Assembly (NCBI RefSeq): GCF_900187275.1 | Contig: NZ_LT906458.1 | Coordinates: 900,001-932,000, forward strand | Direction: 5' to 3' | Length of the DNA stretch: 32,000 nt | Origin: Pasteurella multocida | Lineage (GTDB): Bacteria > Pseudomonadota > Gammaproteobacteria > Enterobacterales > Pasteurellaceae | In this document: positions 8,558 through 19,406 of the stretch, one piece after another | Position numbering within the stretch: position 1 is the first letter of the stretch | How the letters are laid out: each line of letters starts with the position of its first letter | The notes under the pieces: model-generated | What the model saw: the letters and a program-made list of their open reading frames with translations, nothing else | What the model was told of the DNA's origin: nothing | Database searches by the model: none | Made by a program: the position numbers and the translations under genes

Positions 8558-8591
8558 GAAAAGAAAACAGCGAGACTATTCTCGCTGTTTT
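8558..8591 (-). terminator. Terminator of the tpl-tyrP operon
   Basis: AAAACAGCGAG (8564-8574) pairs with CTCGCTGTTTT (8581-8591). On the minus strand TTTTCTTTT follows. Confidence 0.75.
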
Positions 8592-8608
8592 CAGCATAAT
8601 AAACTCAC

Positions 8609-9823
8609 TTATCCCACGACAGCAGGTAAATAACCTGCTTTAATCGCAAATGGGATCGAGGTAATGATCACACCTAATACCGCCGAAATGACCAGTAATG
8701 CTGAACCACCCGATACACGATAAGGGAGATTTGGATGCAATTTTCTCACTTTCCACACTAATGCTGCAGGTAATACTACCGCATAAAAAGCAAACATTTG
8801 TCCTGCATACCCTAAGGCTAGAATAAACCCTTTTGGATAAAATAAAGCAAATAATAATGGTGGAATAAAAGTCAGTAGCCCAAGTGTAATACGACCTGCT
8901 TTAAATTTAAAGACGCGGCTTAACAAGTCTTCAATACACTCAAAAAGCCCTAAAGCAACCCCTAAGAAGGAAGTAATTAAAGCCAAAGCTGAGAATAATT
9001 TCACAGCACCAGAAATGACACTGCTTCCCGTCACTTGTTTGGTAGCGGCTACCAGCCCGTTCAAAGTAGGTTCATCTTGTAAAATCTGTAAGAAAACAGA
9101 TTGTGTTAACACCCCATGCGTACCAAATTGCCATAAAATATAGCCACACAGTGTAATGAATGAACCGACTAAAATCGAAATACGTAATGCCTTAATATTC
9201 CCACCCAGGTATTTATTCAAGCTAGGTATTGAGCCATGAAAACCAAAGGAAGTAAAAAAGACCGGACTGGCAGAAATCAGCAGGGCTTTATCAATTGGCA
9301 TCGCCATTAAATTATCCATTTTTACTTCAGGCACTAACAAAAATAATACAGCACCCAATGCAACTAACATGGTAAAAAATAAAAGACGATTTAGTCCATC
9401 AACTGTTTGCGTACCAATGATAATGAAAGCACCAAAAACAGTCGTGAAAATGACAATAGAAATGTGAGAGGTTGTTTCGGCTGATTGAATTGTTGGTAGA
9501 ATAGAAGACAATAAACCACCACCGCCCGTCACATACGCGGCTAACAAGGCATATAAAAAGATCAATAATGCTGCTGTAGAAATAAATCGACCAAAACCAC
9601 CAAAATAGACCGCACTCAGAGAACCAATCCCCGCATCACTTTCTACGGTTTGATACGCTTCAACAAATAACAATGCACTGTATGTCAATAAGAACCAAAG
9701 GACAAGTAACAGAACTACGGTAAAGGTGAAACCAATTCCCGCAGACGTTAAGGGCATCGCTAACATCCCTGCGCCGATCATGGTACCTGAAACAAGCAAA
9801 GTACTTCCCAATGTTTTATTCAT
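8609..9823 (-). CDS. tyrP: Tyrosine-specific permease (HAAAP family, TyrP/TutB-like)
   Basis: 404 aa, colinear with E. coli TyrP: LGS..V.GT.IGAGMLAMP, FTSFGFHGS.PS, ATSFLGVALGLF. AAGGAG lies 7 nt upstream of the ATG, directly downstream of tpl. Confidence 0.85.
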   Translation of the reverse strand: MNKTLGSTLLVSGTMIGAGMLAMPLTSAGIGFTFTVVLLLVLWFLLTYSALLFVEAYQTVESDAGIGSLSAVYFGGFGRFISTAALLIFLYALLAAYVTGGGGLLSSILPTIQSAETTSHISIVIFTTVFGAFIIIGTQTVDGLNRLLFFTMLVALGAVLFLLVPEVKMDNLMAMPIDKALLISASPVFFTSFGFHGSIPSLNKYLGGNIKALRISILVGSFITLCGYILWQFGTHGVLTQSVFLQILQDEPTLNGLVAATKQVTGSSVISGAVKLFSALALITSFLGVALGLFECIEDLLSRVFKFKAGRITLGLLTFIPPLLFALFYPKGFILALGYAGQMFAFYAVVLPAALVWKVRKLHPNLPYRVSGGSALLVISAVLGVIITSIPFAIKAGYLPAVVG

Positions 9824-9883
9824 AATATATCTCCTTTTTGTCTATCCCATAATAATGAAAACAGCAGACATATTGAATAAGTA

Positions 9884-9907
9884 GGACATTGCTTTTCAGC
9901 AATGCCC
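9884..9907 (-). other. Intercistronic hairpin between tpl and tyrP
   Basis: On the minus strand GGGCATTGC tgaaaa GCAATGTCC forms 9 bp including one G-U pair. No U-run follows, so it is more likely an mRNA processing or stability element than a terminator. Confidence 0.4.
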
Positions 9908-9917
9908 TAATGAGAAA

Positions 9918-11375
<1,458 letters not shown>

Positions 11376-11409
11376 TTACCACTAACAACCCTTACTTCTT
11401 CAAATGGAT

Positions 11410-11427
11410 TGTAAATTATTATTTACA
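11410..11427. promoter_or_regulatory. TyrR box (perfect TGTAAA-N6-TTTACA)
   Basis: TGTAAAttattaTTTACA lies 116-133 nt upstream of the tpl ATG. tpl is TyrR-controlled in Citrobacter and Erwinia, and H. influenzae is known to encode a TyrR. Confidence 0.6.
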
Positions 11428-11454
11428 CTTTTCTCAATATAAAATTGTTCATTT

Positions 11455-11470
11455 TTTGAACGCGATCTCA
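11455..11470. promoter_or_regulatory. CRP-like site upstream of tpl (one mismatch per half-site)
   Basis: TTTGAacgcgaTCTCA compared with TGTGA-N6-TCACA. It is adjacent to the TyrR box. Confidence 0.25.
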
Positions 11471-11649
11471 AAAATAAAAAAATTTTTTTCATCATCTTGA
11501 AAGCGGTGGACAAACTTGCTATTTTGGTGCGTCTTAATATAGGGTAAATAAAAACAAGAACAATTCTTAACAAAGAAAAAATCATCACATCATCTAACTA
11601 GAGAGCCTAAATATAACAATGAAATAGCTATTTTTTATGCCGTTATTTC

Positions 11650-11762
11650 AGGTCGTCGTGGAGAAGGGAAAACAGGAAGCATGAAGGAGCAAGGATTAAC
11701 TCCTTTTGATATGTTAGTTGGGAATTTAACGCATAGAGGCGGCTAACCCGCCCCTTTTCTTT
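11650..11762 (+). ncRNA. Candidate small RNA: GGA-rich purine tract plus intrinsic terminator (5' end undefined)
   Basis: Six GGA triplets occur in 11660-11723. A hairpin AAGGAG/CTCCTT (11684-11689/11700-11705) displays one GGA in its loop. A GGCGG/CCGCC stem (11738-11752) followed by TTTTCTTT ends the tract, and there is no plus-strand CDS upstream for it to terminate. A possible promoter is TTGAAA (11497-11502)-N17-TATTTT (11520-11525). There is no homology evidence. Confidence 0.2.
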
Positions 11763-11774
11763 CCAGCCTAGTAA

Positions 11775-11906
11775 TTAGGCATGCTTGACTTGTGCACTTA
11801 CTGTTGCTTCTGTATGCAGTGCGGCTTTCTGTTCTGAACGATCAAACACCACTAATGCAGCAAGAAACGCAACAATCACACCGACTTTGATAATATTTAT
11901 CATCAT
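11775..11906 (-). CDS. Small hydrophobic protein, 42-43 aa, unannotated
   Basis: M(M)INIIKVGVIVAFLAALVVFDRSEQKAALHTEATVSAQVKHA*. AAGAGG (11915-11910) lies 3 or 6 nt upstream of the tandem ATGs. A near-consensus sigma70 promoter lies upstream. It has one predicted TM helix and a polar tail. Confidence 0.45.
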   Translation of the reverse strand: MMINIIKVGVIVAFLAALVVFDRSEQKAALHTEATVSAQVKHA

Positions 11907-11941
11907 TTACCTCTTAAATCATCAGTCCGAAAAAAGCGCGA

Positions 11942-11970
11942 ATTATAACCAATGAAAAATAAGATGTCTA
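11942..11970 (-). promoter_or_regulatory. Sigma70 promoter for the small ORF
   Basis: On the minus strand: TAGACA (11970-11965), 17 nt spacer, TATAAT (11947-11942). Confidence 0.5.
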
Positions 11971-12024
11971 TATTTTGTGCTGTAGAAAAATAAAAAAGGT
12001 AGTTCAGAAAGTCTGTAAAAAAAT

Positions 12025-12068
12025 ACCGCACTTTTCAGCGCCAATTGGGCAAAGTGCGGTCTATTTTT
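12025..12068. terminator. USS inverted pair acting as the argG terminator
   Basis: ACCGCACTTT (12025-12034) pairs with AAAGTGCGGT (12051-12060), with A/T runs on both flanks. Confidence 0.8.
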
Positions 12069-12095
12069 TAAAACTTTCTCAGCACAAAAAAGGCA

Positions 12096-13442
<1,347 letters not shown>

Positions 13443-13460
13443 TTATTTAAAATAATTACG

Positions 13461-13487
13461 CAAAAAAAGTGATTAAATAATCACTTT
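13461..13487 (-). terminator. Hairpin plus U-run 2 nt after the yeeZ-like stop; the palindrome is also ARG-box-like
   Basis: AAAGTGATTA aa TAATCACTTT (13466-13487) is followed on the minus strand by TTTTTTT. The core TGATTaaatAATCA differs from TGAAT-N4-ATTCA by one symmetric change. Confidence 0.5.
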
Positions 13488-13488
13488 A

Positions 13489-14349
13489 TTATTTCAAAAA
13501 CCCATCGGAAAGTCCACCGCTCTTTTCCTCATTTGGTAACATCAAATAAGGATCGGGATATTGGTAAACAAAATCAATCTCCTGACAAATCTTATCAGAC
13601 ACAATAATTCTGACAGGATCTTGTTCCGAACAGATGAAGTGCGGTGTGGCTACACCGAGTTTTTCCGCCATCGCAGAATAATATTCTGCTTTAGTTGGAT
13701 GCTTAGGCGCCACCACATGATATAAGCGCTGATGGCTAGGCGTGTCAAGTAATAATTGAATTGCTCTAGCACAATCATCAAAATGCACTAAATTCACCGG
13801 TGAATTACCAGCTTTGACGTCTTTACCTGCCAATGAATAAACGGGATGACGATCATCACCAATCAAACCACCAAAACGAATAATATCGCAATCAATATTT
13901 TTCAATTGGAACAGCCACTCCTCGACTTCCACTAAGGCTTTTGCTATTTCAGATTGAGGCTGAGGTGAGCAAGATTCGTCGAAGTACCCAGAATGTTCCG
14001 GAAAAACAGAAGTGGAACTAATAAAAATGAGATGACTCACACCATGTAGCAACGCTTCGTTGACTAAGTGTTGAATGCCTTGTACATAATGTTGCGGATC
14101 GAAAAAATATTGGCTTGGTGGAATGTTGATTACCAATGAATCCACTGACAACAACAACGTTAAATCATCAGGATCGGCATTAATTTCAGGGGTAAGCTCT
14201 AAAGGGTATGCTTCCAAACGAACCAAGCGCATTTGCTCCGCCCCTTCGTGCGTGCGTTTACTGCCTTTGACTTCCCAACCTAAATTTTTCAAATGACGAG
14301 CTAAAGGTAAGCCAAGCCAACCTAATCCCACAATTGAAACCGATTTCAT
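13489..14349 (-). CDS. NAD(P)-binding Rossmann-fold protein, epimerase/dehydratase (YeeZ-like) family
   Basis: It has the N-terminal VSIVGLGWLGLPLA dinucleotide-binding motif and is ~286 aa. The start is set at ATG 14349 (GAGGAG 4 nt upstream) rather than 14361. Confidence 0.6.
   Translation of the reverse strand: MKSVSIVGLGWLGLPLARHLKNLGWEVKGSKRTHEGAEQMRLVRLEAYPLELTPEINADPDDLTLLLSVDSLVINIPPSQYFFDPQHYVQGIQHLVNEALLHGVSHLIFISSTSVFPEHSGYFDESCSPQPQSEIAKALVEVEEWLFQLKNIDCDIIRFGGLIGDDRHPVYSLAGKDVKAGNSPVNLVHFDDCARAIQLLLDTPSHQRLYHVVAPKHPTKAEYYSAMAEKLGVATPHFICSEQDPVRIIVSDKICQEIDFVYQYPDPYLMLPNEEKSGGLSDGFLK
13637..13645 (+). repeat. USS core, intragenic
   Basis: Exact AAGTGCGGT. Confidence 0.8.
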
Positions 14350-14374
14350 AATTCTCCTCATGAATGTTGCTGTT

Positions 14375-14409
14375 GAAAAAAAGCTTTCTCCCCGCCAAGG
14401 GAAGAAAGC
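14375..14409 (-). terminator. purC terminator
   Basis: On the minus strand GCTTTCTTCCC ttggc GGGGAGAAAGC forms an 11-bp stem with one mismatch, followed by TTTTTTTT. Confidence 0.7.
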
Positions 14410-14420
14410 CCATTTTCACT

Positions 14421-15281
14421 TTATTTTGTTAATAAATCCAAAGCCTCTTGGTATTTATTAACGGTTTTTTCAATCACCTCCGCAGGCACTTTCGGTGCGG
14501 GAGGTTGTTTATTCCAACCGCTCGTTTCTAACCAATCACGAATAAATTGTTTATCAAACGACGGTGGATTAATGCCTTCTCGATACGTCTCAACAGACCA
14601 AAAACGGCTTGAATCTGGCGTCAACACTTCATCCATTAAAGTGAGTGTACCATTTTCATCTAAACCAAACTCAAATTTCGTATCACAAATAATAATGCCC
14701 TTGCTTAGTGCATATTCTGCAGCGGCTTGATAAAGCGCGATCGCTTTTTCTTTGACTTGTGCCGCTAGTTCTGCACCAATTAATTGCTCACATTCGGCAT
14801 AACTAATATTCACATCATGATCGCCGACCTCAGCTTTACTGGAAGGCGTAAAAATAGGTTCTGGTAATTTGCTGGCTTCGACTAGCCCTTCTGGTAATGC
14901 TAAACCACAAATTGTGCCTGTTTTTTGATAATCTTTTAAACCACTACCAGTTAAATAACCGCGTACAATAGATTCAATTTTAATTGGGGTCAAACGTTTG
15001 CAGACAACAGCCCGATCTTTTACCTTATCCGCCTCTTCTTTTGGTAACACACCATACACGGTGTCACCAGTAAAATGATTCGGCATAATATGGGCGAGTT
15101 GATTAAACCAAAAATTCGAAATTTGCGTCAAAATTTCCCCTTTACGAGGAATCGGATCGTCCAAAATCACATCAAAGGCTGATAAACGATCAGTCGCCAC
15201 CATGAGCATACGTTTATCATCAATTTCATAAAGATCACGCACTTTACCTGAGTAGATTTTTTTAAGACTAAGCTGTGTCAT
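14421..15281 (-). CDS. purC: Phosphoribosylaminoimidazole-succinocarboxamide (SAICAR) synthase
   Basis: 286 aa with GKVRDLYEI, the DTKFEFG motif and the overall SAICAR synthetase pattern. Confidence 0.95.
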   Translation of the reverse strand: MTQLSLKKIYSGKVRDLYEIDDKRMLMVATDRLSAFDVILDDPIPRKGEILTQISNFWFNQLAHIMPNHFTGDTVYGVLPKEEADKVKDRAVVCKRLTPIKIESIVRGYLTGSGLKDYQKTGTICGLALPEGLVEASKLPEPIFTPSSKAEVGDHDVNISYAECEQLIGAELAAQVKEKAIALYQAAAEYALSKGIIICDTKFEFGLDENGTLTLMDEVLTPDSSRFWSVETYREGINPPSFDKQFIRDWLETSGWNKQPPAPKVPAEVIEKTVNKYQEALDLLTK

Positions 15282-15328
15282 CTGTTTGCACCTTTATATT
15301 TTGTATTATAAAAATCGGTTCATATTGT

Positions 15329-15337
15329 ACCGCACTT
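15329..15337 (-). repeat. USS core in the purC promoter region
   Basis: Exact ACCGCACTT. Confidence 0.8.
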
Positions 15338-15350
15338 TATGTAGAAAGAT

Positions 15351-15366
15351 AAGCAAACGTTTGCAT
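15351..15366. promoter_or_regulatory. PurR box upstream of purC
   Basis: AAGCAAACGTTTGCAT compared with the E. coli consensus ACGCAAACGTTTGCGT. It lies 70-85 nt upstream of the purC ATG, next to a TACAAT -10 on the minus strand. Confidence 0.65.
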
Positions 15367-15381
15367 TTTTTGTTGACTATG

Positions 15382-16962
15382 TCATTTTTTAGCCGAGTCT
15401 TTTGGTAAAGAATCAAAAATAATATAGTTTTCCCAATCAAAAACTATAGTTGGTTTTTTATCTACATCATTGGAAAAGAAAAGATAAGGTAATTTTAATG
15501 ACTCCTCATCAATTCCCAACCATTCCGAGAAAGCATTAAGAAAAAACATACCACTTCTTCTAGCATCTATCTTAATTTGTTTCAAATCATCACTTGATAT
15601 TTTAACTAAAGGAACTGAAAAACTTTCTTGATACTCATTGCCTACATGAAGAGATAATTTATCTTTCCTTGTATTATAATGCTGTAGCCCGTGATCTGAA
15701 AAATAAATAACCGAATAGCTTCCTAATTTTTCTAATCTAGCAATTAATCTCTCAAGGAATAAATCTGTTTGCTTAAATGTTTCTAAATAACATGTCATAT
15801 CTTGATTAATGAAGTATATCTCAGGTAAAGAGTTCAAACGCATACAAAAACTAGGATGAGATCCCATTAAATGAAAAACAAATAAATTTTTTTTACTATT
15901 GTCTATTTCTAATAGATATTCATCAAAATATTCTAATAACTTAAGATCTCGAGTTTCAGAGTCATCATATCCCCCTTTTTTAGTAAATATATGATGTTTT
16001 GCAAGGAAACCTATTCTAGATGCAACAGTATCATGATTACCTAATACTCCTTGATTAGATATCCAATATGTATCAAATCCTGCACTATTAGCCAAATTAA
16101 TAATATTATTATTTGGTTTAATTTCATAATTATTCTTATCATAAAATGAATGAAGTAAAGATGGTTGAGTATTAGGTGCTGAAGAAATATAATTAGTAAA
16201 AACAATCCCTCTTGTTCTTTTCAAAAATGGCGTTGTTTCAATAGGATATCCGTATAATGACATATAGTCAGCCCTCATACTCTCTCCAATAACTAAAACA
16301 TAATTATCATATTTTGAATTAACAGATTGGATTTTCCAATCCGGCTCAATATTTATACCATACTCTAACATTTCTTTCTGATTAAAATAAGAAAATGTAA
16401 GATAATATATATTACTAACAAGTTGTATAGGGTAAACTCTAATATTTAAGACAGAGAAACCACTCCCTTTTACATATTCCTTCACTGGTTTATAAAAAGT
16501 AACTAATAATAAAAATAACAACAATAGTAAAATATTTTTAAATTCTTTATTCTTATTTCCTAATTTACTATATAAAACCAATCTATATAAAATAAAAAAA
16601 CCAAAAGAAAAATAAACAAATATAGAGATAAATTGATAATAAGAAATCGTAGAAATATACTCTATACTTTCACTTAAATTACTTTCAAAAATCGAAGCAA
16701 TAATACTTAAGTTAATCCCTTTATATAAGTATAAGGGAATCATCATCCCGACAAGTAATGTATAAAAACAAAACAATAATATAAATAATCTTAATGATAA
16801 GTGATATATAAAAATCCAAAAAATAAAACTTCCGAGCAGACTTAAGAAAGTTAAGGAAAGACATAAAATAAAGTGAGAAACAAAAACATACACTCCAAGT
16901 AAGCAAAACAAAAAATATTCTTCTTTGCTTATCCTTGAGAAGATGAAATCCAATTTCATCAT
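15382..16962 (-). CDS. Phosphoethanolamine transferase (membrane-anchored sulfatase/alkaline-phosphatase superfamily; LPS/OPG-modifying type)
   Basis: The N-terminus is multi-TM. The periplasmic domain has VIGESMRADYMSLYGYPIETTPFL, SSAPNTQPSL (Thr nucleophile context), FHLMGSHPSF and YFSDHG. The start is set at ATG 16962 (AGGAG 5 nt upstream). The gene is strikingly AT-rich. Confidence 0.8.
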   Translation of the reverse strand: MMKLDFIFSRISKEEYFLFCLLGVYVFVSHFILCLSLTFLSLLGSFIFWIFIYHLSLRLFILLFCFYTLLVGMMIPLYLYKGINLSIIASIFESNLSESIEYISTISYYQFISIFVYFSFGFFILYRLVLYSKLGNKNKEFKNILLLLLFLLLVTFYKPVKEYVKGSGFSVLNIRVYPIQLVSNIYYLTFSYFNQKEMLEYGINIEPDWKIQSVNSKYDNYVLVIGESMRADYMSLYGYPIETTPFLKRTRGIVFTNYISSAPNTQPSLLHSFYDKNNYEIKPNNNIINLANSAGFDTYWISNQGVLGNHDTVASRIGFLAKHHIFTKKGGYDDSETRDLKLLEYFDEYLLEIDNSKKNLFVFHLMGSHPSFCMRLNSLPEIYFINQDMTCYLETFKQTDLFLERLIARLEKLGSYSVIYFSDHGLQHYNTRKDKLSLHVGNEYQESFSVPLVKISSDDLKQIKIDARRSGMFFLNAFSEWLGIDEESLKLPYLFFSNDVDKKPTIVFDWENYIIFDSLPKDSAKK

Positions 16963-17069
16963 GATAGCTCCTATGCGCATTTCTAAATGTTTTTAGATGA
17001 GTGGTATATCGTTACATTTTATGCGAAAATAATAAACTTTCAACATTAATCGTATAAATAATACTTAAA

Positions 17070-18650
17070 ATGAGTTATCCACAACAAGTAAACAAACGTC
17101 GCACCTTTGCGATTATTTCTCACCCCGATGCGGGTAAAACCACCATCACTGAAAAAGTCTTACTGTACGGACAAGCGATTCAAACCGCGGGATCGGTGAA
17201 AGGAAAAGGGTCTAGTACTCATGCCAAATCCGACTGGATGGAAATGGAAAAACAACGGGGTATTTCGATTACCACATCAGTAATGCAATTCCCTTATAAC
17301 GATTGTCTCGTGAATCTTCTGGATACTCCAGGACACGAAGACTTCTCAGAAGATACCTACCGCACGTTAACCGCTGTTGATAGCTGTTTAATGGTGATCG
17401 ACAGTGCCAAAGGGGTGGAAGAACGCACGATTAAATTAATGGAAGTTACTCGCTTGCGTGATACCCCTATTTTGACTTTTATGAACAAATTGGACCGTGA
17501 TATTCGTGATCCAATGGAATTGTTAGATGAAGTAGAAAACGTATTAAATATCCACTGTGCACCGATCACATGGCCAATTGGGTGTGGCAAATTATTCAAA
17601 GGGGTTTACCACTTATATAAAGACGAAACCTATTTATACCAAACGGGTCAAGGACATACGATCCAAGAAAAACGTGTGATTAAAGGGTTAGATAACCCAG
17701 AACTTGATGCTGCTGTTGGTGATGATTTAGCTCAACAGTTACGTGATGAATTAGAACTTGTACAAGGCGCATCTAACGAATTCGATTTAGACGCATTTTT
17801 ACAAGGTGAATTAACCCCTGTGTTCTTTGGAACAGCATTAGGTAACTTTGGTGTGGATCATTTCTTAGATGGCTTAACCCAATGGGCACCCTCGCCACAA
17901 TCACGTCAAGCAGATAGCCGTGCAGTAGAAAGTAGCGAACAAAAACTCACCGGTTTCGTGTTTAAAATCCAAGCCAATATGGACCCAAAACACCGTGATC
18001 GTGTGGCATTTATGCGCGTTGTATCTGGCAAATATGAAAAAGGCATGAAACTACGCCATGTAAGACTAGGGAAAGATGTGGTCATTTCCGATGCCTTAAC
18101 TTTTATGGCGGGAGATCGTTCTCATGCTGAAGAGGCTTATGCGGGCGATATTATTGGTTTACACAATCACGGTACGATCCAAATTGGTGATACCTTCACG
18201 CAAGGCGAAGAATTAAAATTCACTGGGATCCCAAACTTTGCGCCTGAATTGTTCCGTCGCATTCGTTTAAAAGATCCACTCAAACAAAAACAATTATTAA
18301 AAGGCTTAGTGCAACTTTCAGAAGAAGGTGCGGTGCAAGTTTTCCGACCTCTCATGAATAACGATCTCATCGTAGGTGCGGTGGGTGTACTTCAGTTTGA
18401 TGTGGTGGTTTCACGTTTAAAATCAGAATATAACGTAGAAGCGATTTATGAAAACATCAATGTGGCGACGGCACGCTGGGTTGAATGTAGCGATGCGAAG
18501 AAATTCGACGAATTTAAGCGTAAAAATGAGCAAAACCTAGCGTTAGATGGTGGCGATAATCTGACTTATATTGCGCCAACCATGGTGAACTTAAATCTGG
18601 CACAAGAACGTTATCCTGACGTCAAATTCTTTAAAACCAGAGAACATTAA
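17070..18650 (+). CDS. prfC: Peptide chain release factor 3
   Basis: 526 aa. It has the GTPase motifs [20 protein letters not shown] and NKLDR, and is colinear with E. coli RF3. Confidence 0.97.
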   Translation: MSYPQQVNKRRTFAIISHPDAGKTTITEKVLLYGQAIQTAGSVKGKGSSTHAKSDWMEMEKQRGISITTSVMQFPYNDCLVNLLDTPGHEDFSEDTYRTLTAVDSCLMVIDSAKGVEERTIKLMEVTRLRDTPILTFMNKLDRDIRDPMELLDEVENVLNIHCAPITWPIGCGKLFKGVYHLYKDETYLYQTGQGHTIQEKRVIKGLDNPELDAAVGDDLAQQLRDELELVQGASNEFDLDAFLQGELTPVFFGTALGNFGVDHFLDGLTQWAPSPQSRQADSRAVESSEQKLTGFVFKIQANMDPKHRDRVAFMRVVSGKYEKGMKLRHVRLGKDVVISDALTFMAGDRSHAEEAYAGDIIGLHNHGTIQIGDTFTQGEELKFTGIPNFAPELFRRIRLKDPLKQKQLLKGLVQLSEEGAVQVFRPLMNNDLIVGAVGVLQFDVVVSRLKSEYNVEAIYENINVATARWVECSDAKKFDEFKRKNEQNLALDGGDNLTYIAPTMVNLNLAQERYPDVKFFKTREH

Positions 18651-18660
18651 TAAATAAATA

Positions 18661-18694
18661 AAAGTGCGGTCGAATGTTGAGACCGCACTTTTTG
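18661..18694 (+). terminator. USS inverted pair acting as the prfC terminator
   Basis: AAAGTGCGGTC gaatgttga GACCGCACTTT, followed by TTT. Confidence 0.85.
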
Positions 18695-18872
18695 CACATA
18701 ATAACCTTTCAAAAATCAGGTATTCATTTATATTACCTATCAAATTTATTATCACGAACAATTTCCTTTCTTTGCTGATTAAGCGTATGATATACCCATA
18801 CACGCCATTCATAAGTTTTATTTGAATGACATCTGAGATTACCTAAAATAACTAACTATTGGAGGAATAACG

Positions 18873-19352
18873 ATGGCAACAGCAATCGGTTTATGTGCAG
18901 CTTCATCAGAAAAACTGGCAAAAGAACTTAATAACTTACTCGCAAACTATCAAGTATTTTATACTAACGTACGCGGCTATCACTGGAATATTAAAGGGGT
19001 CAATTTCTTTGAATTACACGCAAAATTTGAAGAAATTTATGACGATTTAGTGGTGAAAGTTGATGAAATCGCAGAACGTATTTTAACCTTAGGTCACACG
19101 CCAAATAACGCATACAGCCAATACCTCAGCGTTTCAACAATCAAAGAAGATATTGGTGTGAGCACCGCAAAAGAATGCTTAAAAGGCACTTTAGAAGGTT
19201 TCAAAGTGTTATTAAAACAACAACGTGAAATTTTATCGCTTGCAGGCGATGCAGACGACGAAGGTACTGCTTCACAAATGAGCGACTACATCAAAGAACA
19301 AGAAAAATTAATTTGGATGTTTACTGCAGCTTGCGAAAGTTGTAACGCATAA
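18873..19352 (+). CDS. dps: Dps-family DNA-binding ferritin-like protein
   Basis: 159 aa. VFYTNVRGYHWNIKGVNFFELHAKFEEIYD matches the Dps ferroxidase-site pattern. GGAGGA lies upstream of the ATG. Confidence 0.9.
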   Translation: MATAIGLCAASSEKLAKELNNLLANYQVFYTNVRGYHWNIKGVNFFELHAKFEEIYDDLVVKVDEIAERILTLGHTPNNAYSQYLSVSTIKEDIGVSTAKECLKGTLEGFKVLLKQQREILSLAGDADDEGTASQMSDYIKEQEKLIWMFTAACESCNA

Positions 19353-19370
19353 TCCAATTAATGCTTAATA

Positions 19371-19406
19371 AAAAATGCGATGAATGTCATGTTCATCGCA
19401 TTTTTT
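19371..19406 (+). terminator. dps terminator
   Basis: ATGCGATGAA tgtcatg TTCATCGCAT, followed by TTTTT. Confidence 0.85.

Noticed and set aside
11410-11427. Reading TGTAAAttattaTTTACA as a GacA/UvrY box (TGTAAG-N6-CTTACA) driving the GGA-rich candidate sRNA
   Set aside because: It differs from the GacA box at the two symmetric G/C positions and is a perfect TyrR box next to a TyrR-regulated type of gene. To my knowledge Pasteurellaceae lack BarA/UvrY. The resemblance is still worth keeping in mind if the sRNA is confirmed.
11400-11588. 62-aa minus-strand ORF in the tpl upstream region
   Set aside because: It lies in very AT-rich DNA, has no SD, starts at a GTG/ATG cluster, and runs straight through the TyrR box and the CRP-like site. 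It is most likely a chance open frame in regulatory DNA.
18591-18812. 73-aa minus-strand ORF spanning the prfC terminator and the dps promoter region
   Set aside because: It runs through the USS-pair terminator, has no SD, and is AT-rich low-complexity sequence.
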